A stretch of 64,000 nucleotides of DNA from Planctomycetota bacterium (GTDB taxonomy: Bacteria; Planctomycetota; Phycisphaerae; Phycisphaerales; Phycisphaeraceae): assembly GCA_039025855.1 (NCBI GenBank), contig JBCCNL010000001.1:106988-170987 (forward strand), read 5' to 3'. The notes beneath the pieces were generated by a model. That model did no database searches. It was not told where the DNA came from and was given only the letters and a program-made list of their open reading frames with translations. The position numbers and the translations under genes are program-made. Positions 42,716 through 50,376 of the stretch are shown in pieces. Positions within the stretch are counted from its first letter, which is position 1, and each line of letters begins with the position of its first letter.

Positions 42716-44794
42716 TCAGAAACTCAACCGCTCCGCGTGCTCTTCATCGCGCACCAACACCTGCCGCCGCTGGTGCGTCGCCATGCGTCCCGCCCGACGC
42801 TGCGCCGCCCGGAACAGCCACCCCAACACCCACCCCGGTAGACGCACCGGCACCGACTTCAACAGCCGCCGACGCACCGGCGTGAACTTCACCAGCAGCG
42901 GATCGTCCAGGCTCGTGATCACCGTCGCCGTCCCCGGCTCGCCCTGCCGTGCGCTGCGACCTTCAAGCTGCCGATCTACCCGGCGTGACTCGTGACGATC
43001 CGTCGCAATCACCGCCAGCCCGCCCCGCTCGACCACGCCCTCAGGCAGCTTGATGTCCGTCCCCCGACCCGCCATGTTCGTCGCCACCGTCACCCGCCCC
43101 AGCTGCCCCGCCTCCGCGACAATCGCCGCCTCCTGCTCGTGCAGGTGCGCGTTTAGCACCGCATGCGGAACGCCCGCGCCCGTCAGCCGAACGCTCAGGC
43201 TCTGGCTGTCATCCACACTCCGCGTGCCCACCAGCACGGGCCGACCCGCAGCGTGCATTTCCCTCGTCAGCTCTGTCACCGCGTCCCACTTGGCATCCAA
43301 CGTCGGCAGCGGCCGAACAGTCTGGGTCTCGCGGCGGCATACCCGGTGCGTCGGGATCCGCACCGTCTGCATCCGATAGGTCCGCCAAAGCTCCGCCCGT
43401 TCTCCCCACGCGGTCCCGGTCATCCCGCTCAGCCGGCGGTACAGCCGGAAGAACCGCTGGAAGCTGATCGCCGCCAGCGTGTGGTTCAGGTCGCTGACCT
43501 CCAGGCCCTCCTTCGACTCGACCGCCTGGTGCAGCCCCGCCTGCCACGTGCGGTCGGGCATCAGCCGGCCCGTGCTCTCGTCCACAATCACCACCTTGCC
43601 ATCCTGCACCACGTACTGGTCGTCGCGCAGATACAGGTACTGCGCCACCAACGCCTGATACACCCGCTCTTCCAGGCGACGCACCGGGCTACGGTCCGCA
43701 TCGCCTCTCGAACCCACCAACCGCTTGATGTGTTGCCGACCCGCCTGCGTCAGGCGCAGGTCCCGGTGCCGCCGATCCAGCCGGAAGTCGCGGTCGGGCT
43801 GCAGCCGCGCCGCCAACGCCGTGGCGTCCCGATACGTGAACTCCCGGGCGTCGCCGCCCGGTGCCGTATCCGCCTTCGGCCCCGAAATAATCAACGGCGT
43901 CGTCGACTCATCAAGCAAGATCGAGTCGGCCTCGTCAATGATCGCCGCCTCACCGCGGAAGAACCGGCCCTGCGACCGCGTCGACTCACCCGTCAGGTTC
44001 CGGGCCAGAACCGAAGCGAGCGGCATCGACGCACGATCGGTCTGCGCCTGTTCCTGCAGCAGGTCACGCAGGTAGTCCGCGGCCGCCTCCTTGTGCGTCG
44101 TGTACGTGATGTCGGCCGCATACGCGCTGCCCCGATCGTGAGGCGGCGTGCCACCCGTGATGTAAGCCACGCGCAGCCCCGCGCCGCCAAACAACGGCTT
44201 GGCCCACTGGGCGTCCCGTTTAGCCAGGTAGTCGTTCACGGTGAAGACGTGACAACCCCGGCCGTGCCACCCGACCAGGCAGGCGGCCAGCGCCGCCACC
44301 AGCGTCTTGCCCTCGCCCGTCGCCATCTCCGTCATCCGGCCATCCAGCAACGCCGCGGCCGCCGCGACCTGCACGCGGTACGCATTGAGCCCCAGGGTCC
44401 GCCGCGCCGCCTCCCGGATCAGCGCGAGCGCTTCAACCCGCTGCTCGACCGTGACCGACCCTCGCCGAAACACCGCACGCTGCTCCGCCAGCCGCCCGCT
44501 CAACGCATCGATGTGCAACTCCCTGCACACCGCCTCCTGCGCGAGCACGCGGTCCGCCAAACGCAGATAACGACGCACCGAACACCGCCCCGCAACCAGG
44601 TGCGACGCGACCCACTCGTACACCGCATCGGCATGCCGACGCGGCTTCGCCGGCTGCCGGTTATGCGATCGGCTCCGCCACGCCTCCCCATCACGCCACA
44701 GCTTCGCCAGCGCCGGCGTCTGCAACTCACCCGGCCGCGCTACGCCCACGGGCTGGTTCGGGTCAGACGGGAACAGCGTGGTCAGGCTCGACAT
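42716..44794 (-). CDS. SecA-like DEAD-motor ATPase lacking the canonical SecA C-terminal scaffold, wing and CTL domains
   Basis: Colinear with the SecA NBD1-PPXD-NBD2 region: TEMATGEGKTLVAALAA (about 44298-44326), HVFTVNDYLAKRDAQW, AIIDEADSILLDESTTPLIISGP, NMAGRGTDIKL, GGLAVIATDRHESRRVDRQLEGRSARQGEPG. Only about 50 aa follow NBD2. The ATG at 44794 shares 1 nt with the upstream stop (TGATG). The track start is 44881. Confidence 0.8.
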   Translation of the reverse strand: MSSLTTLFPSDPNQPVGVARPGELQTPALAKLWRDGEAWRSRSHNRQPAKPRRHADAVYEWVASHLVAGRCSVRRYLRLADRVLAQEAVCRELHIDALSGRLAEQRAVFRRGSVTVEQRVEALALIREAARRTLGLNAYRVQVAAAAALLDGRMTEMATGEGKTLVAALAACLVGWHGRGCHVFTVNDYLAKRDAQWAKPLFGGAGLRVAYITGGTPPHDRGSAYAADITYTTHKEAAADYLRDLLQEQAQTDRASMPLASVLARNLTGESTRSQGRFFRGEAAIIDEADSILLDESTTPLIISGPKADTAPGGDAREFTYRDATALAARLQPDRDFRLDRRHRDLRLTQAGRQHIKRLVGSRGDADRSPVRRLEERVYQALVAQYLYLRDDQYVVQDGKVVIVDESTGRLMPDRTWQAGLHQAVESKEGLEVSDLNHTLAAISFQRFFRLYRRLSGMTGTAWGERAELWRTYRMQTVRIPTHRVCRRETQTVRPLPTLDAKWDAVTELTREMHAAGRPVLVGTRSVDDSQSLSVRLTGAGVPHAVLNAHLHEQEAAIVAEAGQLGRVTVATNMAGRGTDIKLPEGVVERGGLAVIATDRHESRRVDRQLEGRSARQGEPGTATVITSLDDPLLVKFTPVRRRLLKSVPVRLPGWVLGWLFRAAQRRAGRMATHQRRQVLVRDEEHAERLSF

Positions 44795-47031
44795 CAGAGA
44801 CTCAGCCCCAGCGGGGACGCGTTCGGATCGCCCGGCACCTGGAACCGCCGCTGCAACACCTGCCGCGCCGAGCGGTACCACTGCTGCAGCAGCGGCTTGT
44901 CCGGCAGGCTGAAACGCACCACCACCGTCTGCCCGTGCTGCATCGCCCAGGCGACCTGCTCCGCATCCGCCGCCTCACCCAGCTCGGGTTCGATCACGAT
45001 CTCGAAGTACGGCTCGGCCGCGGTCGTCCCCTGCGGGTCCGTCGGGTCGGTCGCGATCTGCCCCCCCGCCGCCTCCGACAACGCCGCCGAAGGCAGCCGA
45101 CGCTGACCCGCGGGCATCGCCTGCACCACCCGGCCCGAAAAACCACGGTCGGGCTGATCGGTCGGACGCACCTCCACCCGGTGATCCGCCTGCAACAAAC
45201 GCGGCCCCTCAAACTGATCCGCCGCCACCCGCACCGTCAGCCGACCCGTCTCCGCCAACACGCCAACCGGTTCACCCCGCCGCACATAGTGCCCCTGCAC
45301 ATCGTCATCCAGTGCCGGCGTCCACGTCCCCGCGAATCCCGCCGTCATCACCAGCGACGCCCGCCGCTCCCGCGCCTTCGCCAGAAGGTCCCGTGTCGCC
45401 GCCAGCTGCTCCGCAATCACCTGCCGCTGGATCGGCTCCTCCACCACCGCCCGGCGATACCGCGCTTCCAGCAACGCCTGCCGCGCCTCCAGCTCCAACA
45501 CCTCCGCGTCCAGCCGGGGGTTCGCCGCCGACACCAGCACCCCCCCCGCCGACACCTCCGCATCCGACCCCGCGATCGATTCCACAAACCCCTCCGCCTC
45601 GGCATGCACCGTCACCAGCCGTGCCGGCTCCAACACCCCCAGCGCCCTCGGCCGGTCCGGCACCGGCACCCACCCCAACACCAGCAACGGCCCGCCGATC
45701 ATCAACACCGTCGCCAGCACCGCCCGCCCACGCACCCGCGCCGGCTCCGGCGACGCGCTCAGGTAATGCACCAGCTTGATCGACGGGATCACCAGATACC
45801 CCACCAACGCCAAGATCACAAAGATCGCCCCAATGAAGAACAGCTTGTCCGCCACAAACATGATGATCACCACGCCAAGGAACAGCCGGTACGCCAACGA
45901 CGCCAGCCCGAACACCACAAACCAGAAGCGCTCCTTGAGGTTCCCACCCGCCGCCGGATTGATCAGCTGCCGCACCCCGTAGACATACCGCCGGATTAGG
46001 TACGTCATGTACTGCTGCGCACGCTGATACAGGTTCGGCGTCTCGATGACATCGGACAGGATGTAGTAACCATCAAACTTGATCAGTGGGTTCGCGTTGA
46101 ACAGGATCGTCGACACACCAGCGATGAAGATCAGGTTGTAAGCCAACGCGTGGGCCAGCGTCCCGTCCGCCGTCTGCGACCAGACCACCGCCGCCACCGC
46201 CGCCACCGCGAGCTCGGCATACATCCCCGCCGCCCCCACAAACGCCCGCTGCCATTTGCTCGGAAGCGTCCACGCACTCGTCGCATCGACATACGGCACC
46301 GGCGTCAACACCATCAGCATGATCCCCACCGTGTGCACCTCGCCCTGCCCGTGACGCCGACGCCCGAACCGCTTGCACGCAAACGCATGCCCCAACTCGT
46401 GCAGCAGCTTGATCCCCACCAGACACACGTAAAGCCAAATCAAGTTCTGCGGCGCAAGCACATTCCCCGTCTGCGCCCACAGCTCATCAAACCGCCCCAG
46501 CAACGACCACCCACCCAGCACCAGCAGCCCGGCCCACAGCACCCAGCCCACCGGCCCAAACAACCAGGCCACCGCCGGCAGCCAACGATTCAAAAACCGG
46601 TCCGGGTCCCAGATCGGCACCCGCGCAAACAACAGGTTCTTGAGATACCCACCCACCTCCTTGCGGATCCGCTTCTGCCGCCGTTCAAACATCCGCCCCG
46701 CGTCCGGTGACAGCTCGTGGTCCAACAAGTTGCTCGTGTGCAGCTGCCCGATCAGCCGCAGCGCCTCGCCCTGTGTTGGCGCCTCGTCCTCGAGCTGTTC
46801 CTGTACCGCTTCCCACGCGTCCTGGATGCTCCGACGCCCGTCGAGCAGCCCGACAAACCGATACCCCGCTGCGCTCAGCCGGAAGTGCTGGTTGTTCGAC
46901 GGGTCCATCACCACGTACCACTGCCTACCGCGATATTGCTGACGACCGCACTGCACCGTCGAGCGCAGCCTCGGCTTCGTCTCCGCAATGCGGTGCCAGG
47001 AGTCGTCGTAGGTCGGCCGTTCAAACGCCAA
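44794..47031 (-). CDS. Fusion protein: PqqD-like (RRE-like) N-terminal domain, M50 (site-2-protease-type) membrane metalloprotease, C-terminal HlyD-type adaptor
   Basis: N-terminus: FRLSAAGYRFVGLLDGRRSIQDAWEAVQEQLEDEAPTQGEALRLIGQLHTSNLL (PqqD-like pattern). HExxH in a TM helix: IKLLHELGHAFACKRFG (about 46381-46401). C-terminus: barrel-sandwich, coiled-coil hairpin and beta-barrel MFP pattern (LVTVHAEAEGFVESI...VLELEARQALLEARYRRA...). Confidence 0.75.
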   Translation of the reverse strand: MAFERPTYDDSWHRIAETKPRLRSTVQCGRQQYRGRQWYVVMDPSNNQHFRLSAAGYRFVGLLDGRRSIQDAWEAVQEQLEDEAPTQGEALRLIGQLHTSNLLDHELSPDAGRMFERRQKRIRKEVGGYLKNLLFARVPIWDPDRFLNRWLPAVAWLFGPVGWVLWAGLLVLGGWSLLGRFDELWAQTGNVLAPQNLIWLYVCLVGIKLLHELGHAFACKRFGRRRHGQGEVHTVGIMLMVLTPVPYVDATSAWTLPSKWQRAFVGAAGMYAELAVAAVAAVVWSQTADGTLAHALAYNLIFIAGVSTILFNANPLIKFDGYYILSDVIETPNLYQRAQQYMTYLIRRYVYGVRQLINPAAGGNLKERFWFVVFGLASLAYRLFLGVVIIMFVADKLFFIGAIFVILALVGYLVIPSIKLVHYLSASPEPARVRGRAVLATVLMIGGPLLVLGWVPVPDRPRALGVLEPARLVTVHAEAEGFVESIAGSDAEVSAGGVLVSAANPRLDAEVLELEARQALLEARYRRAVVEEPIQRQVIAEQLAATRDLLAKARERRASLVMTAGFAGTWTPALDDDVQGHYVRRGEPVGVLAETGRLTVRVAADQFEGPRLLQADHRVEVRPTDQPDRGFSGRVVQAMPAGQRRLPSAALSEAAGGQIATDPTDPQGTTAAEPYFEIVIEPELGEAADAEQVAWAMQHGQTVVVRFSLPDKPLLQQWYRSARQVLQRRFQVPGDPNASPLGLSL

Positions 47032-47057
47032 TGCAGAACCTCAATCGTCAATCGGCG

Positions 47058-49073
47058 TCAGAGCCAGAGCTGCATCCGCACCCAGTTCACCGCGTCCCGC
47101 GTCCACAACCAGAGGTGGCTCGACTCGCCCGCATCCAGCCGGGCCGCGCCCGTCATCCCCGGCCGAAGCCAGACCGGCTGACGGTCCAGCTCCACCTCCG
47201 CCGCGAACACGTTCCGCCCCTCGTGCACCTTCGCCTGAGGCTCGATCGACCGCACCGTGAAGCCCACCCGCTGATCCGGGTAACTCGTCGTCGCCAGCTC
47301 GCCCCGCATCCCCAGCGTCACCTCTCCCGCCCGGTCCTCCGGGATATAAAGCTCCGCCCGCAGCGCCTCCACGGGCGCGACCTCAAAGAGCGTGTCGCCC
47401 TCCGTCACCGCCTTCCCGATCTCACGCTTCAGGTCGCCCGCCATCACCATCCCGCCCAGCGACGACCGCAGTGCCGCCATCTCGATCTGCCGTTCAATCA
47501 AGCGGCGCTTCGCCGCCGTCGCCTCCGCCTCCGCCATCGACACCTGAACGCCCGACATGTCCGACTCCCGCCGCGCCGCCTCCGCCTGCTTCCGCTGCGC
47601 CGTCTCCTGCGCCCAGAGCTCCGCCGCCTGCAACCGGAGCTCCGCCGTATCCAGCTCCGCCAACACCGTCGCCCCCGCCTGCACCGCATCGCCCGGCCCA
47701 ACATGCACCGACTTCAGATACCCCGCGAACGGCGCCGTCACCAGCTGCCGCTGCGTCGCCTCAATCACAAAGCTCGACTCCACATGGTCCGTCCCCTTGC
47801 CCAGCGTCAACCACAGCACCAACGCCAAGAGCCCGACCGCTGCGACCTTCGCCCAGGTGTACTGCGTGCCCAGCGCTTTGCCGAGCACCCGTGTGCTCCC
47901 GTCCTTGAGCCGACCCCCCACCCAACGGTCACGCTGCCGCAGCGGCACCAGCAACGGCGTCGCCAACTCACCAATCAACCGCAACCGCGTCAACCGCTGC
48001 GCCGTCTCCGCGGCGTCCTTCGGCAGCTCGTTCCACTCCAGCGTCAGCACCGCCACCACCCCGCCCTCCCGTCCCTGCTCCGACTCGCCGCTCACCTCGC
48101 CCTTCGCCCCGCCCACGTGACGCAGCGGAAGCGACACCGCACACGCCGAGCCGTGCTGCTTCGTCAACGCCTGATGGTCTCGGCTCACCACCGGCACCTC
48201 GGGCGGCGCGGGCCACACCACCTCGATGTCCTGATCCAGACACTCGTGCATCGCCGACTCCAGGTCCTGCACCAGCTTCATCCGCCGGTTCAGCCGCTCG
48301 GTCCGGCTCATCGCGATCAGCTTGAGCGCCTCCCGCTGCGGCTCCACCCAACCCAGGCTCACCCGCTCCGCCCCGTGCCGCGACGCCAGCTCGTTGCACA
48401 ACCCCATGGCCGCCTCACGGAACCGCCGACAACGCCCCAGCGCCGCCAAGACATCCACCGATTCCGTCAGCCGATCGATCCCGCCCTGCTTCTGGTGCAG
48501 CTGCGCCCGCGCGTCATACGCCCCGAGCAACCCAAGCGTCAGCTCCACCTGCTGCGCCGCCCGATCCACCTCGCCCCGCGACACGCCCTGAAGCCCCAGC
48601 GCCACCATGAACCGTCCTTCCCCGCCATCCAACCCGACCGACTGCGGCAGGCCCAACAACACCAAGAACTGCTCACTCGCCGACTCCGGCGGCGCAGTCG
48701 TTGCGGTCGCATTCTCAGCCGGGACGGACTGACGGATCCCCATCACCACCGGCGTCGACCGCGCAAACACCCGCTCCGCCTGCTCCGCCGCGAACCGCAC
48801 CCAGGGCGGTGGCAACCGATCCGGGTGCGGGTTGTAGTCCGCCACCACCGCCGGCCCGGACTGCGGCATAAACCGGATCACCACCCCGTGGTCCGCGCCC
48901 GTCAGCCGGCCCTGAAGCGTCACCAACCGCTGCAGGAACTCCGGAGCCGGGCCATCGAACCGCGCCAGCATCTCCACGACCGTCGGCCGCTTCGCGTCGG
49001 CCGCCGGCTGCTGCCCCAAGCCCCCACCCGACAGCCCCGCACCACCCGAAGAAGATCGACCTGATTCATCCAT
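47058..49073 (-). CDS. HlyD-family adaptor with large cytoplasmic N-terminal region (two GAF-like modules), one TM helix and a periplasmic MFP domain
   Basis: TM helix KVAAVGLLALVLWLTLG. The MFP part reads LVTAPFAGYLKSVHVGPGDAVQAGATVLAELDTAELRLQAAELWAQE...GMTGAARLDAG. Calling the N-terminal ~330 aa GAF-like is a pattern-level, low-certainty call. Confidence 0.65.
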   Translation of the reverse strand: MDESGRSSSGGAGLSGGGLGQQPAADAKRPTVVEMLARFDGPAPEFLQRLVTLQGRLTGADHGVVIRFMPQSGPAVVADYNPHPDRLPPPWVRFAAEQAERVFARSTPVVMGIRQSVPAENATATTAPPESASEQFLVLLGLPQSVGLDGGEGRFMVALGLQGVSRGEVDRAAQQVELTLGLLGAYDARAQLHQKQGGIDRLTESVDVLAALGRCRRFREAAMGLCNELASRHGAERVSLGWVEPQREALKLIAMSRTERLNRRMKLVQDLESAMHECLDQDIEVVWPAPPEVPVVSRDHQALTKQHGSACAVSLPLRHVGGAKGEVSGESEQGREGGVVAVLTLEWNELPKDAAETAQRLTRLRLIGELATPLLVPLRQRDRWVGGRLKDGSTRVLGKALGTQYTWAKVAAVGLLALVLWLTLGKGTDHVESSFVIEATQRQLVTAPFAGYLKSVHVGPGDAVQAGATVLAELDTAELRLQAAELWAQETAQRKQAEAARRESDMSGVQVSMAEAEATAAKRRLIERQIEMAALRSSLGGMVMAGDLKREIGKAVTEGDTLFEVAPVEALRAELYIPEDRAGEVTLGMRGELATTSYPDQRVGFTVRSIEPQAKVHEGRNVFAAEVELDRQPVWLRPGMTGAARLDAGESSHLWLWTRDAVNWVRMQLWL

Positions 49074-49085
49074 CGCCGATCCTTT

Positions 49086-49952
49086 TCAATTCGCCACCGC
49101 CGTCGGCTCCGCGTCCGCTTCCTGAACCAAAGCCTCCGCCTCCCGCGGCAGCCACACCAGGAACCCAGCCGGCAGCGACAGGTCGCTGTTGTCAATCGCA
49201 AACACACACCGGAACGTCTGACTCGCCGGGTCGATCATCGGGTCCACCCACTTCAGCTCCGCCCGCAAGCCCCGCCCCACCGGTGCCCCCGCCTGCAGCT
49301 CGTACCGCTGACCCACCTCCATCTGCCCGTACCGCGCGACCGGCAAAAACAGCTCGGCCTTGAGTTCCGTCAACGACGCAAACACCGCCACCGGATCGCC
49401 CTGGTCCACCGTCGCACCCGGCTGCGCCTCCAGCTTCATCACCCGCCCATCGAACGGCGCCTTCAGTGCAAACCGTTCCAGACGCGCCTGCTCCAGATCA
49501 AACTGCAGCGCCGCCGCATCACGATCCTGCTTCGCGATCGCCAGGTCGATCTTCGAGAGCTCCAGCTGCACCCGAGCCTGACGGACCTCCCAGTCCGTCC
49601 CCGCGTCCTGCTTCACCATGTCCTTCGCCTGCTCCAGCCGGAGCTGCAACTCGTTGACCGCCTCGACCGCACGACGCACCGACAGGTCGCTCTCCGACCG
49701 CATCTGCGCCAACGCCACCGCCTCCGCCTGACCCCGATCCGCCAGCCTTGCGATCAACTCACCCGCCGACCGGGCCTCGCCCTCCGCCGCCAACTCACCC
49801 GGGATCACCTGGCCCACCGCCTCGGCCCGCAGCACCACGTACCGCGTCGGCTTCACGATGCCTTGATCCAGCATCGCGTCCTGCGCCGCCACAACACCCG
49901 CAGCACCAACGCTCACAAACGCAAAAATTGACCGTTTCAGGAGTTCTTTCAC
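49086..49952 (-). CDS. HlyD-family periplasmic adaptor (membrane fusion protein), signal-peptide form
   Basis: Signal peptide MKELLKRSIFAFVSVGAAGVVAAQD, a coiled-coil hairpin, and RFALKAPFDGRVMKLEAQPGATVDQGDPVAVF. Confidence 0.75.
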   Translation of the reverse strand: MKELLKRSIFAFVSVGAAGVVAAQDAMLDQGIVKPTRYVVLRAEAVGQVIPGELAAEGEARSAGELIARLADRGQAEAVALAQMRSESDLSVRRAVEAVNELQLRLEQAKDMVKQDAGTDWEVRQARVQLELSKIDLAIAKQDRDAAALQFDLEQARLERFALKAPFDGRVMKLEAQPGATVDQGDPVAVFASLTELKAELFLPVARYGQMEVGQRYELQAGAPVGRGLRAELKWVDPMIDPASQTFRCVFAIDNSDLSLPAGFLVWLPREAEALVQEADAEPTAVAN

Positions 49953-50056
49953 CCACTGAGACTACCGCCCGCCATCGACGTACACAAGAGATACTTCGCG
50001 CCGATTCAGGCCCGACCACGACGCCTTGTCAAGAGCACACTAAGTAATTCCGTAGA

Positions 50057-50199
50057 AACCGTTAACGAGTCTTCGAAAACCCGCCGCAGGGGCGATAAAC
50101 CACGCCCGGATCAAGGCCAGTCCCGCCCCGCTCCGACGCCCCATCAAATGGGCCGCTCGTGGTTGTTTCCGTCCCAACGGCCGATTATTGTTAACGGTT
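50057..50199. promoter_or_regulatory. 10-bp inverted repeat pair AACCGTTAAC (50057-50066) and GTTAACGGTT (50190-50199) in a divergent intergenic region
   Basis: Read directly. Both arms contain the AT-rich palindrome GTTAAC (the first is CGTTAACG), which is conspicuous in GC-rich DNA. The second arm abuts a TTGACA hexamer (50198-50203). Confidence 0.25.
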
Positions 50200-50376
50200 G
50201 ACAATCATCGCGACGATCCAGTCCCCCAAGCACGCGGCCCCTCGTTGTTTTCACCTCGTCGTGACACGGACCGCCAGGACGCACCGCTCACCCAGCGCGC
50301 CGCTCAGCCCGGCGACCAACCCCGCCATCTCCCCGCCGACTCCCCCCGCTCCTCCCGTCTCCAGAAAGCCCACGCC

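Noticed and set aside
42705-42722. The palindrome TCTGA-ccc-TCAGA, formed by the two convergent stop codons of the enolase-family and SecA-like genes. A similar hairpin at 59112-59127 overlaps the ALDH 3' end.
   Set aside because: The stems are short and largely dictated by the stop codons and terminal codons themselves. They may help termination, but this cannot be supported from sequence alone.
43163-49064. Plus-strand ORFs 43163..45106 (647 aa), 44935..45999 and 46707..49064 (785 aa), opposite the SecA-like/M50/HlyD operon.
   Set aside because: They are extremely R/P/H/Q-rich and are mirror images of real genes. Shadow ORFs.
49795-50019. A 74-aa minus-strand ORF with a Cys-rich stretch (NFCVCERWCCGCCGG) just upstream of, and overlapping, the first HlyD gene. 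It is tempting as a RiPP precursor for the M50/PqqD-like system.
   Set aside because: The Cys-rich part is encoded out of frame inside the signal-peptide-coding region of the HlyD gene (49885-49929). Its composition is otherwise R/G-rich, as in other shadow ORFs, and no RBS-like sequence is present. It would only be worth revisiting if conserved in relatives.
50198-50226. A TTGACA hexamer upstream of the sulfatase gene, considered as a sigma70-type -35 box.
   Set aside because: The sequence 17 bp downstream is GTCCCC, not a -10 element. Promoter consensus for this lineage is unknown, so no promoter call is made.
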